This document shows positions 10,375-19,066 of a DNA stretch of 64,000 nt, one piece after another. Source of the DNA: Candidatus Omnitrophota bacterium (GTDB taxonomy: Bacteria; Omnitrophota; Gorgyraeia; Zapsychrales; Fredricksoniimonadaceae); NCBI GenBank assembly GCA_028865345.1, contig JAGWKL010000002.1, positions 128,665 to 192,664 on the forward strand. The letters are read 5' to 3'. Position 1 is the stretch's first letter. The number at the start of each line of letters is the position of its first letter. Under the pieces are notes generated by a model that was not told the origin of the DNA, ran no database searches, and saw only the letters and a list, made by a program, of their open reading frames with translations. The position numbers and the translations under genes are program-made.

Positions 10375-11319
10375 TTACCAATCCTTCAACACGGGCCTGG
10401 TATCGATTTTTTGAGACATATAGTTTAAAAGCCTCCTGGGTTCTTCGTTCTGCCGATAATCCTCCAGGGCCCTCTCAGCCTGTTGCCGATCAAGTTCCTG
10501 TTGGCTTTCTGCGGCTTGAGACTGTGGTTTCTGTTGATTTTGCCCCTTAGATCCGGAAGATTGCTGTTGTTCCGGTTGCTTCTGCGACTTTTGCCGGCCC
10601 TGCCGGCTGTGTTGGTTTTGTTGCCGGTTTTGTTTCCGGTTCTTTTCTTGATTTTGCCGGCTCTGTTGATTTTGCTGATGCTGTTGATTCTGTTGCTGTT
10701 TCTGATTTTTACGCTGTTGCTGCTGTTTCGCCTGCCCCCCGGCCTTTTGAGGGGGGAGCTTCTTTAACCGCTCAATTTCTTTTCTGACCACACCCTCATT
10801 AAATAACGCATCCTGGTCCTTCGGGTTTTGTCCCAGGGCCTGTCCGTATTGTCCCAGCGCCTGCTGCAAGGTCTCGATGGCGCCGTTAACATCGGCGCCT
10901 TCCTTTTGCACGCCTGCCCTGTAAAGATCGTTGCCTAAATTATACTCCGCCAGGGGCTTTATTTTAGAATTTTTATCCCGGGCCGCTTGCTCCAAATACC
11001 CAAAGGCCTTTGCATAATCACCCTTTTTATACAAGGCCGTGCCTAAATCATATTTGACGACCGGTGATTGACCGTTCTGTTGTAAAGCCTCTTGATAAAG
11101 TTTAAGGGCATCATCGAATTTCCCGTGCTTATACAAGCTGTTGGCATGGTTCACATCACCTGCAACGGAAGCAAAAGCGCTGGAAGAAAAAATGAATATT
11201 ATGAAAAACAAGGAAAGCAAAAATATATTCTTTTCACGGTGAGAATTCACGCTGTTTTTCTCCTCGTCAAGATAAGCATCTCTATCAACAACAGAATAAA
11301 TGCCAGCGTCAACGGCCAC
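10375..11319 (-). CDS. batC: BatC-like TPR-repeat protein with extreme Q/N/K-rich low-complexity tail
   Basis: N-terminal TM segment, then TPR repeats (YKHGKFDDALKLYQEAL...). About 85 aa of QQQQRKNQKQQQNQQHQQNQQ-type sequence follows. The ORF overlaps batB by about 70 nt. Confidence 0.7.
   Translation of the reverse strand: MAVDAGIYSVVDRDAYLDEEKNSVNSHREKNIFLLSLFFIIFIFSSSAFASVAGDVNHANSLYKHGKFDDALKLYQEALQQNGQSPVVKYDLGTALYKKGDYAKAFGYLEQAARDKNSKIKPLAEYNLGNDLYRAGVQKEGADVNGAIETLQQALGQYGQALGQNPKDQDALFNEGVVRKEIERLKKLPPQKAGGQAKQQQQRKNQKQQQNQQHQQNQQSRQNQEKNRKQNRQQNQHSRQGRQKSQKQPEQQQSSGSKGQNQQKPQSQAAESQQELDRQQAERALEDYRQNEEPRRLLNYMSQKIDTRPVLKDW
10509..10761 (-). repeat. Low-complexity CAG/CAA/AAC-rich coding repeat inside batC
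   Basis: The DNA is dominated by GTT/CTG repeats on the plus strand. This creates the spurious L-rich antisense ORF 10483..10767. Confidence 0.8.
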
Positions 11320-12254
11320 TGGAAACGCTCATCATACAGGCGGGCCATCTTCGCTTCGGCATCATGTTTCTTCAATTTTGACAGCTGCCGGTCATATAAA
11401 TAATCCAGACCAAACCTCTCCGCCCCGCTATGGACATAAGCGCCACCGGTAAGATAAGCGATCTGCTGCAACAAATTTTCATTCAAATGAGACTTGATAT
11501 AATCGCCGTTTGAATCTTTGAGAAACTCCAGCTGACCATTGGCACCAGGCACCTGGATCAGATCCCCTGCCCTGGTGCCGACCCCTACCGTAAAAATACG
11601 AATCCCCTTTTGGCTGGCGCGCCGGGCCGCGCTGACGGCATCGCCTTCTTCCTGTTCTCCATCGGTGATCAAAACGACGGCCTTATCGGAATTGACCATG
11701 CCCTGATAAGCCTTGATGCTCTCATCAATGGCTGCCGCGATGTCCGTGCCGCCGCGGGGAATGGAATCAACGCTCAAATCATCCAGGCTCAGCAAGAAAC
11801 CGTTGTAATCATAGGTAAAGGGGCACATCAGCATCGCGTCCCCTGCAAAGGCAATAAGGCCGATGCGGTCCGAACCGTCCAAATTCTTGACCATGTCCCT
11901 GACAGCAAGCTTGACCCTTTCAAGGCGTGAAGGCAGCACGTCTTGCGTCAACATGCTTTTTGATACGTCAATGGTAAACATAATGTCCAGGCCGTGACGC
12001 CTGACCGACAGTTGATGATACCCCCATTGGGGTCGGCTTAAGGCAATGACCATGAATACAAAAGCTGCTATCAAGAATACGGCCTTCCATCGGTAAAGTT
12101 TCTTATCTCCCCCCCGGGCCAATTCGCTCAACAGATGGTCCTGGGCAAAACGCGACATCATCCGGCAGCGGTGTTGATAAAACCAATGCAGGCCGAAGGC
12201 GATCAAAGGCAGCAGCCAAAATAAATGCCAGGCTTGAGGATTCGCGAAAATCAT
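11247..12254 (-). CDS. batB: vWA-domain protein BatB-like
   Basis: vWA MIDAS motif (DVSKSM). Two N-terminal TM segments. The start ATG overlaps the batA stop as ATGA. Confidence 0.8.
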   Translation of the reverse strand: MIFANPQAWHLFWLLPLIAFGLHWFYQHRCRMMSRFAQDHLLSELARGGDKKLYRWKAVFLIAAFVFMVIALSRPQWGYHQLSVRRHGLDIMFTIDVSKSMLTQDVLPSRLERVKLAVRDMVKNLDGSDRIGLIAFAGDAMLMCPFTYDYNGFLLSLDDLSVDSIPRGGTDIAAAIDESIKAYQGMVNSDKAVVLITDGEQEEGDAVSAARRASQKGIRIFTVGVGTRAGDLIQVPGANGQLEFLKDSNGDYIKSHLNENLLQQIAYLTGGAYVHSGAERFGLDYLYDRQLSKLKKHDAEAKMARLYDERFQWPLTLAFILLLIEMLILTRRKTA

Positions 12255-13255
12255 GGAATTTTCAAGAATACAGTATTGTTTAGAATGATTTCCAGGGCCA
12301 GCAGCACCATGGCCCCATCTAAAAAGAACCAAAACATCGGTTGGTACATCTTATAGCCTTTTTCCCGGATTTTGGATTTTTCCATTCGGTTGATCCGGGC
12401 ATAAATCCGCCGCAGGGAGCCCGTGTCCGCCGCACGGAAATACTCGCCCCCGGTCATGGCGGCGATCTTCTTAAGTGTTCCCTCATCCAAATCAAACTGT
12501 GCCTCCTCATAATGGGTGTTGCCGAATGCGTCGGTCACCGGAAAAGGCACAATTCCCGTTGTCCCGGCGCCTATCGTGTAGATTTTTACACCCAAGGCCT
12601 GGGCGGCACGGGCCGCGGTCAAAGGGCTGATAGAGCCGGAATTGTTGACCCCGTCGGTCAAAAGCACGATGACCTTGGATTTGGCTTTGCTGTCCTTCAA
12701 GCGCAACAAAGACGTGGCAATCCCGGAACCTATGGCGGTCGAATCCTGGATAACACCGATACGGATGGCCCTGAGATTTTCCAACAGCCAATCATGGTCC
12801 ATGGTCAAGGGACAGACCGTATAGGCCTGTGTACCGAATACAACCAATCCTATACGGTCATTCGGACGCTCTTTAATAAATTTCTCCACCGTCTTTTTAA
12901 TAATATCCAAACGGCTGATCCGATGTCCGTTGACCTTATAATCCATGGCCGACATACTCCCCGAAACATCCAGGGTCAGGACAATATCGATGCCTTGGCC
13001 TTTGAGATTAGATACCGCCAAAAGTTTTCTGGGGCCGGCCAGCGCAACCAACAGTAGGACCAAAACCAAAATCCTTAATGCCCAGGGAAGAAAGCTCCAT
13101 TTCACGCGCCACGTGACCGGGACTGCGCTCATGAAGGACAACGACGAAAATCTTAAAGAAGCCCCTTCCCGCCGCCGGCGCTCATACCATAAGGCAGCCA
13201 GCAGTAACGGGACCACGACCAAGACCAATGGCGTTTTAAATTCGGGGATCACCAT
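12251..13255 (-). CDS. batA: vWA-domain protein BatA-like
   Basis: TLDVSGSM MIDAS motif and N-terminal TM helices. Confidence 0.8.
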   Translation of the reverse strand: MVIPEFKTPLVLVVVPLLLAALWYERRRREGASLRFSSLSFMSAVPVTWRVKWSFLPWALRILVLVLLLVALAGPRKLLAVSNLKGQGIDIVLTLDVSGSMSAMDYKVNGHRISRLDIIKKTVEKFIKERPNDRIGLVVFGTQAYTVCPLTMDHDWLLENLRAIRIGVIQDSTAIGSGIATSLLRLKDSKAKSKVIVLLTDGVNNSGSISPLTAARAAQALGVKIYTIGAGTTGIVPFPVTDAFGNTHYEEAQFDLDEGTLKKIAAMTGGEYFRAADTGSLRRIYARINRMEKSKIREKGYKMYQPMFWFFLDGAMVLLALEIILNNTVFLKIP

Positions 13256-13275
13256 TCCCTGTTCCTTCGACTTCG

Positions 13276-13779
13276 TTAAGTCGTTTTTGTATCCTCAACC
13301 AACTTCCTTGCAAGATCAAAATTTCTTTCCGCCTCCTTGATGGTGGGGGCGTATTGGGCGAACTTGACCATGTCACAGGAATTCAGGAATTCTTTTAACG
13401 CGGCTTTCTGGTCCTCATTGAGATGGCCGCTTATTTTCAATGAGTATAAAAACTCTTCCGTGGACATATGCGGGGCGCGGACATTAAACCTATTTTCCAT
13501 ATAACGGCGCGCGATGTCCGCCACCCGTGTAAAGAATTCCTTAAAAAGCCCCTTGTCCAATAAATTCTCCCGCTGCAAAGCTTCCAGCTGTTGGTAAGCT
13601 TTCTGCCATGCGGGTAGTTCAGGTGCCGGCGGCACAACAGACTTTCGGGGAGAATTCTTAAAATAACGAAGGAAAAAATAAACTCCGCAAGCAACAACAA
13701 GCAGCGCCAGCAGAAGCCACAACAGCCACCAAAAATCAGGCAAACCAACGGGGGGCCTGACATCTCTGATATCATTCAT
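13276..13779 (-). CDS. DUF4381-like small membrane protein of Bat/MoxR operons
   Basis: 167 aa with a single N-terminal TM (FWWLLWLLLALLVVACGV). It sits between the DUF58 and batA genes, as in canonical operons. Confidence 0.6.
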   Translation of the reverse strand: MNDIRDVRPPVGLPDFWWLLWLLLALLVVACGVYFFLRYFKNSPRKSVVPPAPELPAWQKAYQQLEALQRENLLDKGLFKEFFTRVADIARRYMENRFNVRAPHMSTEEFLYSLKISGHLNEDQKAALKEFLNSCDMVKFAQYAPTIKEAERNFDLARKLVEDTKTT

Positions 13780-13781
13780 AA

Positions 13782-14672
13782 TTATCTGCTCAAACGCCGG
13801 CGCCTTTGGGCAAAGAAGCCTGCCAGGGCCTTGGTATACGGCACATCCGTGGAAATATCAATATGGTCCATGCCAATGATATCGAACAGGCGGTTGCGTT
13901 CTTTGATCCTGTCCAAAGCTTTTGTATGGTAGACCTTGCGTAAAACATCGTGAGAAGTATCAACGACCATTTTGGCGCCAGATTCAGCGTCCTCCAGTTC
14001 GATGAGCCCGCAATCGGGCAAATCGACTTCTCGGGGATCTGTTAGGCTGATGGCGATCAAATCATGGTGCTGATTGGCAACGCGCATGGATTTACGCAAA
14101 AACCCCGGATTGGGATCCAAAAAATCGGAAATAATGAAAACCGTTGACCTACGACGGACCACCTTTGTCAGGTGTTCCAACACCAGCGGCAAGTTGGTGG
14201 CCTTGGCCTGCGGCTTGAAATAAAGGATCTCACGGACCACCCTTAGCACATGGGTTTTGCCTTTCTTAGGCGGAATAAAAAGCTCCGGCCCGTCTGTGAA
14301 CATCAAAAGCCCGACCTTGTCATTATTGCGGATGGCGGCAAAGGCCAGCACCGCGGCGATTTCGGCGGCCAATTTATTTTTCATTTGATTGGTCGAGGCA
14401 AAATGCACTGATGCCGAGGCGTCCACCAGAATCATGACGGTCAACTCGCGCTCTTCCACATATTTCTTGACGTGGGGCGCTCCGGTGCGCGCGGTGACGT
14501 TCCAGTCGATGGAACGGATGTCATCGCCGGGCTGATACTCGCGCACTTCGTCGAACTCCATGCCGCGCCCCTTGAACACGCTGTGGTACGCGCCTGCAAA
14601 CACATCCGTGACCAGGCGGTTGGTCGTAATGTCGATGCGTAGGATCTTTTCAAGGATTTCTTTAGGTATCAT
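13782..14672 (-). CDS. DUF58-domain protein (MoxR partner)
   Basis: Canonical DUF58 N-terminal signature (FKGRGMEFDEVREYQPGDDIRSIDWNVTAR). Confidence 0.85.
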   Translation of the reverse strand: MIPKEILEKILRIDITTNRLVTDVFAGAYHSVFKGRGMEFDEVREYQPGDDIRSIDWNVTARTGAPHVKKYVEERELTVMILVDASASVHFASTNQMKNKLAAEIAAVLAFAAIRNNDKVGLLMFTDGPELFIPPKKGKTHVLRVVREILYFKPQAKATNLPLVLEHLTKVVRRRSTVFIISDFLDPNPGFLRKSMRVANQHHDLIAISLTDPREVDLPDCGLIELEDAESGAKMVVDTSHDVLRKVYHTKALDRIKERNRLFDIIGMDHIDISTDVPYTKALAGFFAQRRRRLSR

Positions 14673-15664
14673 GGCACTTCAACTTCATCCAATATCCGTT
14701 TAACCAGGTCCTCCGGTGTTTTGCCTTCGGCCTCAGCTTCGTAACTGGGAATGACCCGGTGACGCAAAACATCCATGCCGATCGATTTGACATCCTGCGG
14801 GGTCACAAATCCCCTGCCCTGAATAAACGCATGCGCGCGACCCGCCAGCGCCAAATTGATCGTGGCCCTGGGGCTTGCGCCATACAGGATAAGCCCTTTG
14901 AGATCGTCGAGTTTATACCTTTCCGGATTACGGGTGGCCTCGACGATCCGGACAATGTAATCCTCTATCTTTTCGTCCATGTAAATTTCATCCACGACCG
15001 ACCGCAGACGGACAATGTCCGCGGGGGCGGCCACGGCCTGCACGCCTATGGACGGACCTGTTCTGCCCATGCGTTTGAGGATCTTGAGTTCTTCGTCCAT
15101 GGCCGGATACGTGATCTTCACCTTGAGCATGAAACGGTCCACCTGGGCTTCCGGCAAAGGATAGGTCCCTTCCTGTTCAATGGGATTTTGGGTGGCCAGG
15201 ACCAAAAACGGGTCATCCAGTTTCAGGGTCTCTTCGCCGATCGTCACCTGCCGCTCCTGCATGGCTTCAAGGAGCGCGCTTTGCACCTTGGCCGGCGCGC
15301 GGTTGATCTCATCGGCCAAAATGATATTGGCAAAAACCGGCCCCTTTTTGACATTGAAATTCCCTGTACGCGCATCAAAAATAAGCGTACCCGTCAAATC
15401 CGCGGGAAGCATATCCGGAGTAAATTGCAGGCGATGGAATTTGGCCCGGATCGTCGCGGAGAGCGTCTTGACTGCCGTAGTCTTGGCCAAGCCCGGCACT
15501 CCTTCGACCAGGACATGGCCATTGGCCAGAATGCCTATCAACAGACGGTCTATCAACACGCTTTGACCGACAATTACCTTTGAAGTTTCAAAACGAATCG
15601 CATCAATGAGTCCTGATTCTTTTTTGACCTTATCATTGATGACGCTGATATCTGCAAGAGCCAT
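14669..15664 (-). CDS. moxR: MoxR-family AAA+ ATPase
   Basis: Walker A motif (GVPGLAKT) and a MoxR-like Walker B/sensor region. The start is preceded by an AGGAGG RBS. Confidence 0.9.
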   Translation of the reverse strand: MALADISVINDKVKKESGLIDAIRFETSKVIVGQSVLIDRLLIGILANGHVLVEGVPGLAKTTAVKTLSATIRAKFHRLQFTPDMLPADLTGTLIFDARTGNFNVKKGPVFANIILADEINRAPAKVQSALLEAMQERQVTIGEETLKLDDPFLVLATQNPIEQEGTYPLPEAQVDRFMLKVKITYPAMDEELKILKRMGRTGPSIGVQAVAAPADIVRLRSVVDEIYMDEKIEDYIVRIVEATRNPERYKLDDLKGLILYGASPRATINLALAGRAHAFIQGRGFVTPQDVKSIGMDVLRHRVIPSYEAEAEGKTPEDLVKRILDEVEVP

Positions 15665-15779
15665 GCTTTGCCTCCTTGACTTAAAGGACGATTATTTGTT
15701 TCAACCCATTGAATTGAAAAAACGGCAGTGAATAATATTATAAAAAACGAGATGAGGAATGCAAGCAGATTAGAATTTC

Positions 15780-18527
15780 TTAACCCGTACTTTTCATGCC
15801 GGATGCAATGCCGTTGACCGTCAACAGCAGGATGGCGTCGATCTTGGATCGCCTGGCTTGGGCAGCGGAATCATCCAATTGTTCCTTTTCCTGCAGGAAC
15901 CGGACCTGAATATAATTCAAGGGGTCCACATAGGGGTTGCGCACCTTAATGGATTCCTTTAAAACTTTATGATAATCCAACAGTTCTTTCTGCTGCGAAA
16001 TCAACAGGACGCTATTCACCGCCGCTTGATGCTCCTGTTCAATGGCGTGGTGGATATTTTGACGTAAAATATCATCGACAACGATTTGGGAATACAACTC
16101 GGCAATATAAAGGTCGGATTTGGCCAGTGAAATTTGCAAATTATGGATCATAGAGGTAAAAAAAGGCCATTGCTTGTACATCTGCCTTAATACATCGAGG
16201 CCCCGCGGGTCTTGATCGATATATTTTTTAAAAGCATGCCCCGCCCCATACCACGCAGAGATGATGTAACGCGACTGCACCCAACTGAAGACCCAGGGAA
16301 TGGCGCGCAGCTGCTCAAAGCTTTGGGAGCCGCTGCGGGCCGCGGGCCTGGAGCCGATCTTGGTGATCTTAAGAACGTTGATGGGGGTGGCCTGATGATA
16401 AAAATCCAAAAATCCTGGCGTTTCGAAGATCAGCCGCCGGTAAAACAGGAATGAGTCCTCGGACATTCGGGCCAACAATTTTTCCCAGCCGGTCCATTTC
16501 GGATTTTTCTTGATGGCGCGGTTGGTCACCAGATTGGTCCATGCCACGGCCGTGATCAATTGCTCCATGTTGCGTTTGGCCACCATGGGGTTGGCGTATT
16601 TTTGTGAAATAACTTCCCCCTGTTCGGTGATCTTGATACGGCCCCCGACGGCAGAAAACGGCTGTCCTAAAATGGCCCGGTGAGATTCTCCACCGCCGCG
16701 ATCGACGGTTCCGCCCTTGCCGTGAAATAATTTGATCCTGACGCCATATTTTTCAGCGACTTTGTATAAATTCTGCTGGGCCAGATACAAATGCCAGTTG
16801 GCGGCCAGATAACCCCCGTCCTTGCTGCTGTCGGAATAACCCAACATGATCTCCTGAACATCCCCCCTCGCCCTGAGATAAGAACGGTATAAAGGAACGC
16901 TGAATAATTCTTCCATGATCTTATGGCAATTGTGCAGGGCACTGATCGTCTCAAACAAAGGCACGACGCCGATGGAAGCCCTTTTGACACGCTTATGCGC
17001 CACATGGACCAGGCCTTCCTGTTTGGCCAAATACAACAGGGCCAGCAGATCCTCCGAGGTTTGGGTCATGCTGAGTATGTAGGAATCTACGATATCCCGA
17101 TCAAACAATTCTTTAAGCCGGCGGAAGGTCTTGAATTGGGCCAGGATGTCCTTTGCATCAGGAGAGGAAACCGCCTTTTTGCCGGTTTTGGGTGAGCTTA
17201 TTTTATTGATTAAAACATCCGGCTGCATACCGTCAGGGCCCAAAAGTTCCTGAAGGGTCATATGGACCTTCCTGGCGTGGTCCCTGAAATCCAGGCGGGC
17301 CAGGAAAAAACGGAAGGCTTTGGCCTGCACAATAAGCCGCCTTAAATCCCCTTCGCAGGCACATCCCCCCCGGTTTTTGCTCAAACTTTCCTGGACGGTC
17401 AAAATATCAGCGATAAATTCATCCGCATTCTTATATCTCCCCTTTTTGCCCGTCAGCACAGATTCCAACCTGTAATGGATAAAAGAAAATTTCTTACGGT
17501 AAATTTCAGAGCTTTCATAACGCCCCAGTTCACGGGCCTGTTGGGGAAGCGTTTGTGCATCATGCTCTATGGAATCGAGGAATTTCTTACTGACTTGGAC
17601 ATGCTGGGTTGACTGGCTGAATTTACGGATGAAATTCTCAACGGACAATAAATAAAACTTGACGATGAGCCTTCTTTGTTTGCGCGCGGTGATCATGGTG
17701 ATTTCCGGAGTGACATTGGGGTTCCCGTCGCGGTCCGCCCCCACCCATGAACCAAAATGGATAAACGGCTCGATATCGTCCTGGACAACCGCTCCCAGAC
17801 CCTCGAATTCCCGGCGGACCTTTTCATGGATGTTGGCCAGCAGGCTTATGATCGTGCGTTCAAAATAATACAAAGTATGATCCACTTCATCGAGGACTTC
17901 CACCTTGCGATGACGCACCTCGGAGGTCTGCCAGAGGATCTCCAGGGTTTCCTTGATACGTTTGGTAAGCAAATCATGTTCAGGAATGGTCAGATCCTGC
18001 CTGTTGAGCTGGATCAATTGTCCGCTGATAAAAAAAAGGTGGTCCAGGACCGTTCGCCGTTTGACTTCCGTAGGATGTGCAGTCAACACGGGCCCGATAT
18101 CACAATGGCTCAAAAAATTAAGGATTTCCTTGGCCCCATACCCTTCTTCCATAAGGTCCTTAAACAATTTCTTGAGTGACATTTCCTGAAAAATTTCCGG
18201 GGAACGTTCATAGTCCCGCAGGCGGCGGATGCGCTGCACTTCTTCGGCGATATTGACCATCTGAAAATAGACGGTAAAGGCACGTGCCACATGATAAGCT
18301 TCATCTTCCGACAGAGACCGGATCAACCGCTTCTGGGATTCGATCATCAAAGGGTTACGTTTGTCCCGTATCTCCTGGGCGAGGGTGCGGATCTCCTCCA
18401 CTTTAAGCAAAAGGGCATCCCCTTCCTGCTCACGGATGATCTCGGTCAAAAGCCTGGTTAAAAAACGGATATCCTGGCGCAGCTGATTTTGAGAAGGGGC
18501 TGAAGGAATAATTTCTTCTTTAAACAT
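15780..18527 (-). CDS. ppc: Phosphoenolpyruvate carboxylase
   Basis: 915 aa. VLTAHPTE active-site motif. C-terminus ends ...GMKSTG, like the PEPC NTG terminus. Confidence 0.95.
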   Translation of the reverse strand: MFKEEIIPSAPSQNQLRQDIRFLTRLLTEIIREQEGDALLLKVEEIRTLAQEIRDKRNPLMIESQKRLIRSLSEDEAYHVARAFTVYFQMVNIAEEVQRIRRLRDYERSPEIFQEMSLKKLFKDLMEEGYGAKEILNFLSHCDIGPVLTAHPTEVKRRTVLDHLFFISGQLIQLNRQDLTIPEHDLLTKRIKETLEILWQTSEVRHRKVEVLDEVDHTLYYFERTIISLLANIHEKVRREFEGLGAVVQDDIEPFIHFGSWVGADRDGNPNVTPEITMITARKQRRLIVKFYLLSVENFIRKFSQSTQHVQVSKKFLDSIEHDAQTLPQQARELGRYESSEIYRKKFSFIHYRLESVLTGKKGRYKNADEFIADILTVQESLSKNRGGCACEGDLRRLIVQAKAFRFFLARLDFRDHARKVHMTLQELLGPDGMQPDVLINKISSPKTGKKAVSSPDAKDILAQFKTFRRLKELFDRDIVDSYILSMTQTSEDLLALLYLAKQEGLVHVAHKRVKRASIGVVPLFETISALHNCHKIMEELFSVPLYRSYLRARGDVQEIMLGYSDSSKDGGYLAANWHLYLAQQNLYKVAEKYGVRIKLFHGKGGTVDRGGGESHRAILGQPFSAVGGRIKITEQGEVISQKYANPMVAKRNMEQLITAVAWTNLVTNRAIKKNPKWTGWEKLLARMSEDSFLFYRRLIFETPGFLDFYHQATPINVLKITKIGSRPAARSGSQSFEQLRAIPWVFSWVQSRYIISAWYGAGHAFKKYIDQDPRGLDVLRQMYKQWPFFTSMIHNLQISLAKSDLYIAELYSQIVVDDILRQNIHHAIEQEHQAAVNSVLLISQQKELLDYHKVLKESIKVRNPYVDPLNYIQVRFLQEKEQLDDSAAQARRSKIDAILLLTVNGIASGMKSTG

Positions 18528-18530
18528 TAT

Positions 18531-19043
18531 TTATAGCAGGGATTTATAGCCGCCGAGCGTGATCTTGTGACCGACGTCTTCTATTTTCTTCCTCAGGCGG
18601 TCTTTATGATCTTTCATTTGAGAGGAGACATTTTCGTCAGAGGTCGCTATGATTTGAGCCGCCAAAATACCGGCATTTCTGGCACCGTCAACGGCAACCG
18701 TGGCCACAGGAACGCCTTCGGGCATCTGGACAATGGACAGCAACGAATCCAGGCCACCCATGGAATTGGCTGATTTGACCGGAACTCCTATGACCGGCAA
18801 GGTTGTCAGCGCCGCCACCACCCCCGGCAAATGGGCCGCTCCGCCGGCACCGGCGATGATGACTTTTAGACCGCGGGAAGCAGCTTTGGAGGCGTATTCG
18901 CAGGTGAGCTCAGGCGCGCGGTGCGCTGAAATCACGCTGACCTCATGGGGGATCCCGAATTCATCCAGAACCTCTGCCGCCTTGCTCATCAATTTCAGGT
19001 CCGACTGACTGCCCATAATGATACCGACCAATGGTTTTTTCAT
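18531..19043 (-). CDS. purE: N5-carboxyaminoimidazole ribonucleotide mutase
   Basis: PurE N-terminal signature ([14 protein letters not shown]) with the typical length of 170 aa. Confidence 0.9.
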   Translation of the reverse strand: MKKPLVGIIMGSQSDLKLMSKAAEVLDEFGIPHEVSVISAHRAPELTCEYASKAASRGLKVIIAGAGGAAHLPGVVAALTTLPVIGVPVKSANSMGGLDSLLSIVQMPEGVPVATVAVDGARNAGILAAQIIATSDENVSSQMKDHKDRLRKKIEDVGHKITLGGYKSLL

Positions 19044-19066
19044 ACATTATCCTTTCATTACAAAAA

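Noticed and set aside
10483-10767. L-rich 94-aa plus-strand ORF
   Set aside because: It is the antisense read-through of the CAG/CAA repeat encoding the Q-rich tract of batC.
12341-13057. 238-aa plus-strand ORF
   Set aside because: It is antisense to batA, which has clear vWA motifs. There is no RBS and the composition is Gly/Arg-rich junk.
14759-15583. 274-aa plus-strand ORF
   Set aside because: It is antisense to the moxR ATPase gene, and there are no motifs.
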